Shown: positions 25,656 through 37,075, counted from the stretch's first letter. The stretch: 64,000 nucleotides of DNA from Monocercomonoides exilis PA203 (GCA_001643675.2 LSRY02000064.1:62001-126000), one strand, 5' to 3'. A program made the numbers and translations. Notes: generated from the letters alone by a model not told the origin.

Positions 25656-26318
25656 CACTTTTTTTAAAAAAAGACTCTTCATTACAACGTTATGTATTTT
25701 TTATATTTCATTGTATATTTGATAATTAGTTTTTTTGAGCTTTATTTATATTTCTGATTTTTTACAATTCTTTTCAATAATATTTTTTGCATATGATTAC
25801 TTTTATGTTGTTAGTGTTATTAAGATATTAATTTCAAAGCACATTTGTTGCTTCCTATTTTTTTACAACTATAATTATTGTTAATTCTTTAATAATCTTT
25901 TTATTTGCGAGCTTTTTTGTATTTGTTAAAGTTTTGTTTGATCAGCAAAAGATGAAAATTATAGAAGCTGAGAATAAAAAGTTTGACAAAAAGAAATTTT
26001 TAATTTCAATTGCAATTTTCACGATTATATTTGGAAATGCATATTAGCTTTTATTGTAATTATTTTCTGCAAAGAATCTTTTTGTTTTAAAGTCATTTCA
26101 ATGTGCAATTAAAACTTTGTTGAACATCTTTCAATTTTCTTCTAAATTATTATTCACCAATGCGCACTACACACTTCAACAAAGCCAATTTTTTTTAATA
26201 TCCACATCATTAAAAGCTTTTTTTTTTTTAAGAGTTGCAAAATAAATTTAAAATTGAATTCGTTATAAATTCCATTCTTAAAGAAGAGAATCGTTGAGTG
26301 AAGTGTGAGAAAGTACTT

Positions 26319-26926
26319 TTATACAACACCAATCTTATTAGCTACGTCAAGAGCTTCATACTGAGGAAGAAGTCTTATATAAGCTTTCTTTTCTCCCTTG
26401 GGGCTAAAAATGGATTTTTCAAAATATATATTATATATAAATAATAACTTTATAAAGCAAACGTGATGAGAGTATTAATCTTGCGAATCTTAACGTTGTA
26501 CAACTTTTCAAAAGCTCTCTTAATCTTTGGTTTTGATGCACTCATTGAAACGATGAAAACAAGAGTGTTCAATTTTTCAACTTTTTGCATAGCTGACTCT
26601 GTTGTGACTGGATAGCGGATGAGATCGTAGAAGTCGTGCCCTTTGATTGGAGCAGCAGATAAACGAGGGAATTTTGGTTTTCTTCGAAGATATAAAGTCT
26701 TTGGACGTCTAAAGTGAACGGAACGACGAATCTTGTGCTGTTTTGCTTTTATTAATAGTGCAAAATATCATTGTTAAATTAAAAAAAACAGAAAAATTAA
26801 CAGAAAAAAGTTTCAAAGAAGCAAATGGTAAAAGTGAAAAAGTGTTCAAAAAAAGTAACAATCATATAAGCAAAACAAATTCAATAAAATGACATTGTTT
26901 AAATTCAAACCTCTAACGGTTCTCAT
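26319..26926 (-). CDS. RPL23A: 60S ribosomal protein uL23 (not in ORF track)
   Basis: MRTVR/AKQHKIRRSVHFRRPKTLYLRRKPKFPR..IRYPVTTESAMQKVEKLNTLVFIV..KINTLIT/PKGEKKAYIRL..YEALDVANKIGVV; introns 26910-26746 and 26462-26404. Confidence 0.97.
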
Positions 26927-27113
26927 CTTCAGATATTTTCTCAAAAAATCCCGATGATGGACTAATGATCAACAACAGAGTTTTTTTTATATACTAATAA
27001 TAAAACGATTTTCAATTTTATTTAAATTAATGATAATCCAAACAAACAAAGTCAAATAAAGAACGAAAATATGCATTCAAAAAAAAAAAAAAATAAAAAA
27101 TAAATAAACATAT

Positions 27114-27186
27114 CGACCCGGATGGGGATCGAACCCACAACCTCAGGATCCGAAGTCCTACGCGCTATCCATTGCGCCACCAGGCC
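27114..27186 (-). tRNA. tRNA-Arg(UCG)
   Basis: GGCCTGGTGGCGCAATGGATAGCGCGTAGGACTTCGGATCCTGAGGTTGTGGGTTCGATCCCCATCCGGGTCG: 73-nt cloverleaf, anticodon loop CTTCGGA, T-loop GGTTCGATCC, downstream oligo-T Pol III terminator. Confidence 0.96.
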
Positions 27187-27316
27187 AACATTTGATGTCA
27201 ATTTTTCGAACATAACCAGGTATATTTGTATTTCCAAAAGTTAATGTTGAATTATTTGTAATATTTTTGCATTGTCTAACATATATTTTTTGAAGTTCAT
27301 GATTTGGTAAATGTAT

Positions 27317-27763
27317 ATTATAGGGGAACACGAATTTTATATATTTTTTTTTATTAACGAATTCTTTATAGTATATAAATCATTTATTAATTAATAAAAA
27401 TTTGAGATCATCAAATAGTTTGATAAATAATAATCAAGGTTTCTTAATATTTATGGGATAGATCAATAAATTTTCATGTAATTTTTTGAGTGCTAACCCT
27501 AAAAAGAAGAACGGGAACAAACCCTAAACCCAATATTTGTTTTGCTAACCCTAGAACCTAAACCAATCTATTAATGTGGAGATTTTTAATGATTTTAACC
27601 CAAATAATTAAAAAAATACTGGGTCAGATCAAAATGTTTTGATTGAAAATAAGAAATTTTTATGATTGATGATCTCACATTTTAATTAATTAATAAATGA
27701 TTCTTATACTATTTTATGTCCGTTTATAATAAAAAATATGAAAATTTCGTGTTCCCCTATAAT
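27317..27763. mobile_element. MITE-like element with long TIRs and internal telomere-like repeats
   Basis: Perfect 18-bp termini ATTATAGGGGAACACGAA / TTCGTGTTCCCCTATAAT, extending imperfectly about 95 bp (AATCATTTATTAATTAAT..TGAGATCATCAA); core has CTAACCCTA x2 and AAACCCTAAACCC. Confidence 0.85.
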
Positions 27764-29174
27764 CTCCTTTTACCCATGATTTTCATGTGCTTTTTATTTC
27801 ATTAATGTGAAATTTCTCATTGAAGAGTTTCTTGAAGATCAAATATGAAAGAGAGCAAAGCAAGAGGAATTTGACTGTCAACAACGCTTCAAAATGGTGT
27901 TAGAAATTTTTTGACTTTTTTTTAAAAAATATTCTAATCGAATGTTAATTGTGTAATTTATGATAGAAATAACTTTTAAAAGCAGATATTTTCTTTTTGA
28001 ACAGAAATGAATAATCTTTTGTATTTTTGGATGAAAGACGACGTAATATTTATTGGAAGATTTGCGCTTACAAAGAACAATCTTTTCTTTTGAAAATAAA
28101 GGTAATTCCATTTTCAATCATCTTTTCTCTTTATGATGATTTCCTGAAAGAATTTTGTCTAAACGAAAAAGAAAAATAAGGAAAAAAAAGTTAAAAAGAA
28201 AAAGAAACTATGATTTTCAAATGAGTTTTGTCCTTCTTGTTTATGTGCATGAATCGAAATGAGAAAAAAAAATAAAAATTGTAAGTTCAAAAACTGTTTT
28301 GATTTTTAAAAAATATGTGCGGCAAATTTTTCGCAATGTACTTTTTTAAAAAAATTATAGGTGATGAGAAAAATTGGATACATTGTCTGAACTTCGAACT
28401 ATGGAACAACATTTATAATTGCCTAATTATGTTTGCTTGAACTGAATTTATTTTTATTTAAGAAAAAATTTAAAGAAGTGGAAAAGTAATTTGATGAAAA
28501 TTTGAATTCTTTATTCATCAGATAATTAAACAAAATCTTCTTCAAAATTTTTTTGACAAATATAATTTTTCTCGATGGTTTCAAAGCATGATTCATCTTT
28601 TCTTAATCGCAATTTGATGAATGCAATATTATCCAACTTATTCATTTGCAATTATTAACAAAATCGAAGGTGTTAGCTGAAATGATGAATAAAAATATTT
28701 GAACGAAATAAGTGAAACACTTCAATGTGAGCTACATGAATACAAACAAAGAAAATATCTATTAAAATTGAAAATGTTGTTTTGGACGAAAAAAGTCAAC
28801 TTTCTCTTATAAATGAAACAAAACCAAAAAACTCCTCAGCAATCAAACGAAGTGCAGCTCTTTTTCAACTATCAAATAAAAACAATAAATTCTTTAAGGA
28901 ATTTTAATATTTAGAATTTAACACAAACAAGTTGACTGAAAATCGTAGGAAAATGTTTTATATATCTATGCATCCATCCATATTTGAGACAGAAACTCTC
29001 ATGCACATTCATTCCCTCTTCGTCTATTCATCTTGCTTGGAACATCAACTTTGATCATTGTTCATCTCCAAAGTCATCAGAAATGCATTCGGAAAATATT
29101 CATTTCCACTCCACATTATTCAGCTTCTGATCTCTTGACTGACCAGCAAACAAACTATTTCCATGACTAATTCT

Positions 29175-30319
29175 TCAACACTCACTCGATGCTCCCTGTT
29201 CAACCAAGCTGCTGATATTACTCTCTTCACAGTCACCTGTCTCATCTTCAATGTCCACTTCATCGAAATTGTAATAACTACGATACCAACTGTAACCGCT
29301 GAATGAACTGTCGCTTCAGCATCACCAACGATGAACGCTCCGGTGGTGTTTGTAGCGTGCAATTCTTAGAGACCTCTCTTAACATCGACTCTTCATTCTT
29401 CCCTATCTCTATCCTCTCACCATTCACAATCTTCTGCCCTGCCACCACACCCTCATACTCCCCAAACGGAACTTTGAGTGTCAGACACTCCCACAACATC
29501 ATCCCAATCGAGAACACAACTGTCTTCTTCGTCGCATGCTTCTTTGTGCCATTCAGCAATTCAGGTGCCTTCCACCTCAAACACTCATTCCTGTTATCTT
29601 CTTCATCTTCAAACGCTGATGAGGGCAGAGAATCTCTTTCATCATCATCCTCACTGGTTGATGTCACAACTGTTGATGAAGATATTGAAGATGAGTCTGA
29701 ATCTGAAGAAGAGCAGTCAGAGTGCATGACAATGCAGATGACCATGTGTTCTGAGAACAGCACAATGAGCGGACTCAAATTGGCAAGTGACTGAAGTTGG
29801 TTTTCCATTTCATCAAACGAGTGGAGAGCAAGATTCGCAACCCAAAATAGAATTTGGGCAGCTGTCATCTCCCTTTCCTTCAATGTGCCAATTGCCATTT
29901 CTTTCTTCTCGTTCCTTCCATGAAGAAGCATGAATAAAGAATCCCTCAGATCCACAATCAGCTTCTCATGAGGTGATGAGCAAGCCATTGCATCCACAAG
30001 ATTCGACATGGATGAAGTGGTTGGGCACGGACTCTCCACCCGAACAAATGTTGTGTCTGTATCCGTTGTTGAAGTGGATGAAATTGACGGGGATGGTGAT
30101 CCCTTTCTCACTTCTTCTTCTTCTTTCTCAACTTTCTCCAATATCCATTCAGGAATTTTGTCTAAATCCTTTCCCAATATATATTCAGTTGATCCACTCT
30201 CACTCAGCAAATGCTCTGAACTCTGAATGCCCCAAGCTTTTCTCATGTACCTTCTTTTTTGTTCTTTTCTCATTTTTCTTCTCTGCCTCCCTCTCAATTC
30301 TTCGCCAATACTCCTCCGG
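29175..30319 (-). pseudogene. Disrupted cytoplasmic tail with partial kinase-like C-lobe, belonging to the upstream surface-protein gene
   Basis: After the TAA at 30320 the same frame continues PEEYWRRIEREAEKKNE..KSLGHSE, then shifts frame to SSEHLLSESG..LRWKAPELL..VFSIGMMLWECLTLKVPFGE (kinase subdomains VIII-IX-like); further shifts near 29.3 kb. Confidence 0.75.
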
Positions 30320-33300
30320 TTACGTCTCAATTATCACCATCTCGATCAACTTCGGATCTTTTCTGATTTTATTATTAACAATCTCTTCTAATTTTTTTGT
30401 TCTTCTCTTTATATTCCTCCATTGAATAAAAAATATAATCAATAATATAAATAAAACGACGACTATCGCAACGCATCCAATTAACTCCCATGATAATTTT
30501 CCTTCCTTTCCACTTTTTGCATGATTATCATTTCCATCTGTCTGAACTTCACTTTTGTTCTTTAAGATAAATAAATCGGTTGACACTGGATTTCTTGAAT
30601 TTCCAAAAAGAATTGAGACAGAAACCTCAGCATCGTCTGCTGCATCATTGATGATCGTTTCTGATATCACTCCTTGCACTTCATTCTCCGAAATGAAATC
30701 GTCATCCTCAAACCGAAATGAATCCTTAATCTCAACATCACCAACAGATGAACAAACACTGAACGAAAGATTGCAAGGAAGAAATAGCAATCCTTTGAAC
30801 GTTAGTTGCATCTTCTCTCCATTTTTCTTTGTTTCTATCGCTTCAAGCTTTGGAATAAATAGCAGTGAGCCTCTCTCATCTGCTATTCCTGTCGTTTTGC
30901 AGTCTTTATCCAATATCCACATCGATGAATTCCTTTCCAAACCATCCCCTCCCTTCAGGCTCACAATGTTCAGCTCAGCAAAGCCCTCACATATCATGTT
31001 TTTTCTTGCAGATGGGTATTTATCGATAGACGGATTGTTTCCAACAAACTTCCCTTCTTCCATTTTCATTGATCCTCCAGAGATTGTCACACCTCCTTTT
31101 GAGGAGTTTGCAACTGTTGTGTCTTTCATCTCTGACGAGCAGTTGGTGAATTGTAGCACTGATCCGTTCCATTGGCACGCTTCTTCTCCTTTGTTTCCAG
31201 TGTAACAATCGTTTTTCTTTCTATCACTAGCATCAAAGATAGACGAAACAATCCTGAATTCTTTTGCTTCATAAACATCCATAATACTTCCTTGCACAGA
31301 TAGTGACTCGCATCCAACAAATGAGCAAGCCTCAATCACTTCTGACATAACAGGCCTTCCAGATGAAAGGAAGCACGGGCCAGCTGATGTTCTGCTCACA
31401 TTTATAAATGAAGTTTGTTTTACCATCAGCTCAACATCCGTTGCCACAATATCGATTCCACATCCATTTGCCAAAATCACATTTGTTGCATGCATATCTC
31501 CGATTTCAACTGCAGACCCTTCCTCGTTCACAGAAATCAACGATCCTTCACAAGTTACAACGTCAGTTATTGTCCAGAAGCGTATCGATATTTGCGATTT
31601 TCTTCCAGCCTCAGACGATTTGAGGGAAATCACTCCTTTCTTGCATTCCACTTTTGCAACAGAAATCCTCTCGGCTTCACACGAAGCACAACAACAAATT
31701 TCCGCCAAACATTCATCAAAAATACAATTTGAAACGTTTATATCCTGCAATGCCACCTTTTCAACATCATTCAATCGCATCAGCTGCATGGACTCGATGC
31801 TCGAACAACTCACATTCCGCAAATTGATCCCACTGCCCTGGTCTGAAACAAAGACAGGCGAACAAATCACAAGAGACGATATGCTGCAATCACTCATCAC
31901 CAACTTTCCCTTGTTCACTTTCACCATCGAACACTTCATCGAAATTGCCTCCTCTCCTTCAAGCTTTTCTTCTCCAGCAAACGAAACATCAGCAACACTC
32001 AACACTCCATCTTCCAGGCAGATCAAACTCTGGTGTTCTGACGAAAACATCCTTCCAATCACAAATGCCAAATATTCGATCTTTACCCTTGATGAGCAAG
32101 TTAGCAAGCAGCTTTCTGCTGTTTCAACATTTTTGTTCACCATAACAACACTCCTTTCCACATCCAGCTCCGTCGATTTAATAGTCACATCTGTTGCCAC
32201 TCCTTCTCCCGTTATTTTACACTCCTTGTCTATAAAAAGGCTGCTGGACACAGATGGCACAATATGTGCCAACCCAATATTCAGCGAAATGCAGGGCTCA
32301 TCTGTTGTGCCACATTGCTGAGAGTCTGAGCTGTTTGCTGCCTCTGCTGCTACAAAAATCGTTTCGCTCTGCCAAGTTATCACCCGAAGCAATAAATCTT
32401 CCTCGTCTTCATCGTTTTCCTTTGTGCAACCCCATATCGCCAGATCCTTTTCAAATGGAGCTCGGAAGTCGAGTTTGAACTGCTTCTCCCCAATTTGTTG
32501 ATCCAGATCCTGGCACTTCACATACACATCCCTCCCTCGATATCCCCTGTTTCCACGAAGTGTGACGTTCTCAAACAAAAATGGAAGCAAGGCATCAGCT
32601 GCTGATTCACAGTCCAGATACACCCCTCCTCCTCTCCCACTTTCTGAGCAGAAGCATTCTGTTATCTTCGAAAAACAACATGAAAATTCCACCTTTTCAT
32701 TCATCCTAATCAGCATCGCTCCTCCCCTTTCACTGTCTGTGTTTCCGCAGCCTTTCATACTCGTGTTAAACACTGATACAATTGCCACAGCACTTCCCAC
32801 TCTCATCAAAACAGACGATTCTGTTCCGCCATTCTGATGAACTTTATTAAAAATGCATTTTTCCATCATTAAACTTCCTGTCTCTTCTTCATTGTTGCCC
32901 ACCTCTCTTGTCTGTGCCACAATTGCAAATGCACTCTTTCCAAGCAACTCAATATTTGCCATAGAAACATTGCTCAGAACCATTTGGCTCCCTTCTGCAA
33001 AAAAAACGACCCACTCTCTGCATTTTTGAAGTTTCATAGAGCAATCAATCAGTTCGCATTTGCCCGACAGACACTCAACGATCGAATAAATAAGCTCATC
33101 GCTCGAACTCCTAACAAAAGAGCAACCGTTGATCTCAAAGCGTTCTCCACGTGTGCATATAAGCTTGGTCTGACTCCATTCAGAACCAAACTCACAGCAT
33201 ATTTCCATGCCTCCAAACGCGCTCACCTTCTCGTTCACAAAAACAGATTCCCCTTTCTCTGTCTTCCCCGCTTTGGCTTCAATCACTTCACAAAACCTCA

Positions 33301-35932
33301 TCAATGCCCATCGCTCCTCGTCCAACGATCCTATAATTGCAATATCTGAAACATCTGCCTCGCAGTTTATCATCACCTCGTCAATAATCTGAAATGTTCT
33401 CTTCTTACCATCTGGAACCTCCTGTTTGGATGGGAAATGCATTTTGCCATAACACAAGTTCATGCACGGCTCTTCTTCGCTGCCACACCGAAGAACGTCC
33501 CAACCACTGCTGCTACTCACATAAATCGTTTTATTATCATAAAAAATCAAAAATCGTCTCAAATCGAAGTCTGTTTTGGTTGTATCATTCCCAACAAATA
33601 AATTCTTCTCCTTTTCTGTTTCTCGAACATCAAATACAAAACGATCTGCACAAACAGACTGATTCAAATCATTCGAAAACATAAACATGTTTTTCCCTGC
33701 AAATGCATCACAGCTCTCAAATTTCAAATCGGAAAATACAAATGAATCTGTTTTTTTGCAATCAACAAATATTCCTCCCCCTTTTCCTTTCTTCTCTTCT
33801 TCAACTCCTGCCATGCATCCACAAAACTCTGATCGGTTCACAATCAGTACGCTTTTTGCTTGCAAATTTACGCACAGCCCTCCACCACAAGTATCAGTGC
33901 CGTTTGTGCTGCATTCAGTAAAATTACAATCAACAAAACACACTTCACATTGATCGTTCATTTCCTTCTCCCACATAACACTCACGCATCCACCGTTCGC
34001 TTCACTTGTAATCGATGAAAAATATGTTCCCTCAAATCTTACCACTTTGCCATCAACGACTTCCACTGCGCATCCTTCTGAAAATGAAAATCCTGTGACA
34101 TTCGCCGATTTGATTCCCAAAAACCCTCCTTCGATTTTCAGAAGTGATCGCGTCGATGGATTTTGACATTCAGAATCCTTTGCAATCGAACACCGCTCCA
34201 GCACAAGTGAGCCATCCTTTCCAACGATTGCTGCCGAACGATTGCTCACACACACCACTGATGCTTTGCACAGTTCAAGTGTGCCATTTCCAATATTGAT
34301 CCATCCTTCTTTTGTCGACGAATATAGACATTTCAGTATCGTTGAACCATTTTCAATGCAGCTGACTCTGATCTTTTTCCATTCTATGTCAAGCGCTTCT
34401 TCCTCAAATAATTCTCCGGCAACAATCACTGAATTATTCATATAATAGTTCCAACTTGTTATTCCATATTTCACAGTCTTGCATTCATTTCCTATCCCGC
34501 CACAAGCAACTTTATCACTTCCAGCATTTTTCACAAAAATGTTTTCCAAAGCATCAGGCAACCATTGATTGTATGGGGCTCCATAGCCACAATCCTCTGC
34601 ATATCCATTACATAATACAACTCTATTCTTAAAAGTTGATAATGAAAAGCAGAATTGAAGGGAATTTTGTGCTGATGCTGCTGAGAAATATTTCCCAAAA
34701 AACACATCCGCAGCATGGTATACATAGTTAACCGAGTTTCTCTGAAATAGGCAATATGCAAAATTGAATGATGCATAGTTGCCATTCATTCCAGCGTCAA
34801 TTCCACCTGCACCTAATGGAGCGGTTCCTCCAGCAATAAAACAATTGGATATCATCATATTCGTTTTCACATTTATCATCATTAAGGTGCCTGCATAATG
34901 CAATGTGGCTTTGTTTCCTTCGAAATCTGAATCATAAACAGATCCACTTCCTCCCATGTACCAAGCAACTGTTCCTCCAAAAGCAGCAGAACAACTGTCA
35001 AATGAACATTTAATTATTGTACTAAACCCTGATGTAATGTGTGTCAAAGCACCTCCAATTGAAGATTGACCCTTTCCGGAACATTTATTAAAAGTTGAAC
35101 TTCTGAGCTCGCAGTCACTTCCACTGCAGAAAACTGCTCCTCCATATCCATAGTTTTGGTTGAATGTATCATAACATTCAACAAAGTTGCAGCTTGCCAC
35201 GTTTAACTTTGAGTTTCCGCTCACAGTTATTGCACCTCCATGAACGGAACAACATTTTGTAAAATTGCAATCAACAAATGTGACATTGTCATTGGAAAAT
35301 GATTTTCCACTATCTGAATAATTTTGGTTCGTAAAAATTTCACGCGATTTGATAAAAGATGAATTCCGAAACAAAAACGAGTTTTCAGGCAATCCTCCTA
35401 CAATTACTCCATAAAATGGCTGCTCGCAATCTGTAAATTCACAACCTTCAAGAAAATTATAATTTGGTTCAAGTTCAACAAGGCGGGGCTTCTTGCGAAT
35501 TGCAACAGAAGACATGTTGCAGAAGAAGCAGTCTTCAATTATGATTTCCGAAAAATATGCACCGCCAACAAAAGGAGCTGATGATCCCACGAAAAACGAT
35601 TCAAAAGAGCAGGAATCAATGGAAATCGACCCACCAGGTAATAAAGAAGAGGGGGTTGGGCATACCAGAGATTCAACAAAATGGTTTGGATCATCAATCC
35701 CCAGCGTTAAATTGCACAGTCCCAAAGAGCCTCCGGTACACGAAAATGGAGAATTATTCTCGCACGACGAAAGTATCACCTGGCAGTCCTTCATCTCCAG
35801 CAATGAGCCTATTACAGTCAAATGCGGAATGCAATTCAAAGATGCAGCAAATTTTGGTGGACCATGAATCTGTACAAGAACCACAGAAAGCGAAGAATTC
35901 TTTGCGACAACTTGTGAATTAATTCTGCTCAT
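30320..35932 (-). CDS. Large intronless Cys-rich single-pass surface protein (Pmp-like beta-helix repeats), truncated after the TM
   Basis: 1870-aa ORF with GGA(I/L/V) and FxxN/FxxC repeats, three CGxxxxxC boxes (CGGIGNEC, CGSEEEPC, CGTTDEPC) and TM helix LIGCVAIVVVLFILLIIFFIQW; no clear signal peptide at the annotated start. Confidence 0.8.
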   Translation of the reverse strand: MSRINSQVVAKNSSLSVVLVQIHGPPKFAASLNCIPHLTVIGSLLEMKDCQVILSSCENNSPFSCTGGSLGLCNLTLGIDDPNHFVESLVCPTPSSLLPGGSISIDSCSFESFFVGSSAPFVGGAYFSEIIIEDCFFCNMSSVAIRKKPRLVELEPNYNFLEGCEFTDCEQPFYGVIVGGLPENSFLFRNSSFIKSREIFTNQNYSDSGKSFSNDNVTFVDCNFTKCCSVHGGAITVSGNSKLNVASCNFVECYDTFNQNYGYGGAVFCSGSDCELRSSTFNKCSGKGQSSIGGALTHITSGFSTIIKCSFDSCSAAFGGTVAWYMGGSGSVYDSDFEGNKATLHYAGTLMMINVKTNMMISNCFIAGGTAPLGAGGIDAGMNGNYASFNFAYCLFQRNSVNYVYHAADVFFGKYFSAASAQNSLQFCFSLSTFKNRVVLCNGYAEDCGYGAPYNQWLPDALENIFVKNAGSDKVACGGIGNECKTVKYGITSWNYYMNNSVIVAGELFEEEALDIEWKKIRVSCIENGSTILKCLYSSTKEGWINIGNGTLELCKASVVCVSNRSAAIVGKDGSLVLERCSIAKDSECQNPSTRSLLKIEGGFLGIKSANVTGFSFSEGCAVEVVDGKVVRFEGTYFSSITSEANGGCVSVMWEKEMNDQCEVCFVDCNFTECSTNGTDTCGGGLCVNLQAKSVLIVNRSEFCGCMAGVEEEKKGKGGGIFVDCKKTDSFVFSDLKFESCDAFAGKNMFMFSNDLNQSVCADRFVFDVRETEKEKNLFVGNDTTKTDFDLRRFLIFYDNKTIYVSSSSGWDVLRCGSEEEPCMNLCYGKMHFPSKQEVPDGKKRTFQIIDEVMINCEADVSDIAIIGSLDEERWALMRFCEVIEAKAGKTEKGESVFVNEKVSAFGGMEICCEFGSEWSQTKLICTRGERFEINGCSFVRSSSDELIYSIVECLSGKCELIDCSMKLQKCREWVVFFAEGSQMVLSNVSMANIELLGKSAFAIVAQTREVGNNEEETGSLMMEKCIFNKVHQNGGTESSVLMRVGSAVAIVSVFNTSMKGCGNTDSERGGAMLIRMNEKVEFSCCFSKITECFCSESGRGGGVYLDCESAADALLPFLFENVTLRGNRGYRGRDVYVKCQDLDQQIGEKQFKLDFRAPFEKDLAIWGCTKENDEDEEDLLLRVITWQSETIFVAAEAANSSDSQQCGTTDEPCISLNIGLAHIVPSVSSSLFIDKECKITGEGVATDVTIKSTELDVERSVVMVNKNVETAESCLLTCSSRVKIEYLAFVIGRMFSSEHQSLICLEDGVLSVADVSFAGEEKLEGEEAISMKCSMVKVNKGKLVMSDCSISSLVICSPVFVSDQGSGINLRNVSCSSIESMQLMRLNDVEKVALQDINVSNCIFDECLAEICCCASCEAERISVAKVECKKGVISLKSSEAGRKSQISIRFWTITDVVTCEGSLISVNEEGSAVEIGDMHATNVILANGCGIDIVATDVELMVKQTSFINVSRTSAGPCFLSSGRPVMSEVIEACSFVGCESLSVQGSIMDVYEAKEFRIVSSIFDASDRKKNDCYTGNKGEEACQWNGSVLQFTNCSSEMKDTTVANSSKGGVTISGGSMKMEEGKFVGNNPSIDKYPSARKNMICEGFAELNIVSLKGGDGLERNSSMWILDKDCKTTGIADERGSLLFIPKLEAIETKKNGEKMQLTFKGLLFLPCNLSFSVCSSVGDVEIKDSFRFEDDDFISENEVQGVISETIINDAADDAEVSVSILFGNSRNPVSTDLFILKNKSEVQTDGNDNHAKSGKEGKLSWELIGCVAIVVVLFILLIIFFIQWRNIKRRTKKLEEIVNNKIRKDPKLIEMVIIET

Positions 35933-36116
35933 GAACTGTGACTCAGTTTTTTTCTGCGAATATTGCGAACTCGAATAGCATATGCACCAAAAATGTTTAA
36001 TGAATCATGGAAAATAAGAAATAAAAGTCACACCTGCTCAGTTTCTTTCCAAAAAATACATTTTCAAAATTTTCAGTATTTTTTGTGCCTTTGTACAAAA
36101 AATAAACATTGAATTT

Positions 36117-36308
36117 CTACTTCAAATGACGCAAACCACTTTTTTTGCTTGCCATCATATCAATCATAACGCTGGCTTCATTATCATCATATTGCCAAAT
36201 ACTTTTATCAATGAAAGAATTAACGATATCTTCAGTAAATGGCTCCTTTTCCAATTTACCAACGATTCTTAGAAATTCCGCAGCTAGAATAAGCAATGTT
36301 AAAAGCAT
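36117..36308 (-). CDS. Possible terminal exon or short ORF of unknown function
   Basis: 63-aa ORF with protein-like composition after a CAG; no upstream exon identified. Confidence 0.25.
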   Translation of the reverse strand: MLLTLLILAAEFLRIVGKLEKEPFTEDIVNSFIDKSIWQYDDNEASVMIDMMASKKSGLRHLK

Positions 36309-36661
36309 TAAGTTGCTCTGTCGTGCTTATATTCACAAAAAAATGATATTTGCAAAATATTGTGTTTCAATTAAAATTTTATAATGCATAAATTTGGATC
36401 AAATGATGATTATTGTGATTTCTGTATAATAGCCATATTGTTTTATGAAAAAAGTTGCAAACAAAAAAAAAAAATAACACTTTTCAAATATAATGGATGT
36501 ATGAATATTTTTTTGAAAAAGACTCTTTGTGTTTTCGATTCTATCTTAAAACATTTATTCCTATTCTGTGATGTTTGTTTTTTTCATTGGATATTGTTTC
36601 TTCATTAATTATTATGCAAATTATATTATCTTGTTCTTTTGAGTTGTTATTTTAGAAATGA

Positions 36662-37044
36662 TACAGATATCGCATTAAAATACCGGACATCGCACAAAAT
36701 ACCGGACAAGATTGATATCTCAATAACTGCAAGTGTAATAATTCTCATAATTTTCCTCAAAACACAACTTGTCAATACAAACTCATTTGAAAAACAAGAC
36801 TTCACTTCTGCTTTATTTGTGCTCAGAAAAAAATTATTATTAAAATCTCGGAGAAACTCATAATCCTATTTCTCCGAGAGTTCAATCATTATTTTTTTCT
36901 GAGCGCAAATGAGGCTATTTTGAAAGATTTGTATACCAATTGAGTTTGAATTGAAGAGATATATTTTGAGGAAAATTATCAGAATTATTTCTCTTGCAGT
37001 TATTGAGATATCAATCTTGTCCGGTATTTTATGCGATATCTGTA
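36662..37044. mobile_element. Near-complete 380-bp palindrome (foldback MITE, family D) with TA-CAG...CTG-TA ends
   Basis: TACAGATATCGCA..AAAATACCGGACAAGATTGATATCTCAATAACTGCAAG is mirrored at the right end; arms pair up to CTCGGAGAAA / TTTCTCCGAG around a loop of about 12 nt near 36862. Confidence 0.9.
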
Positions 37045-37075
37045 TGTCCCTTTTATAATTCATTTTTGAAAAGCT

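Noticed and set aside
26746-26910. snoRNA in the long RPL23A intron
   Set aside because: No C/D or H/ACA boxes with terminal stems; sequence is simply T-rich.
27761-27790. U5 snRNA loop 1 (CCTTTTAC)
   Set aside because: The invariant GCCTTTTAC is not matched, the flanking stem is poor and no convincing Sm-site hairpin follows.
27840-28900. Possible degenerate multi-exon gene on the + strand
   Set aside because: Some splice-like signals and short frames, but many stops and no recognisable motif.
30320-30322. TAA read as Gln (as in some oxymonads), which would extend the surface protein
   Set aside because: TAA is the genuine stop of conserved genes here (Dim1, RPS12, RPL23A), and frameshifts follow anyway.
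36639-37063. Twin ORFs SHKIPDKIDISITA on opposite strands
   Set aside because: By-product of the DNA palindrome, not proteins.
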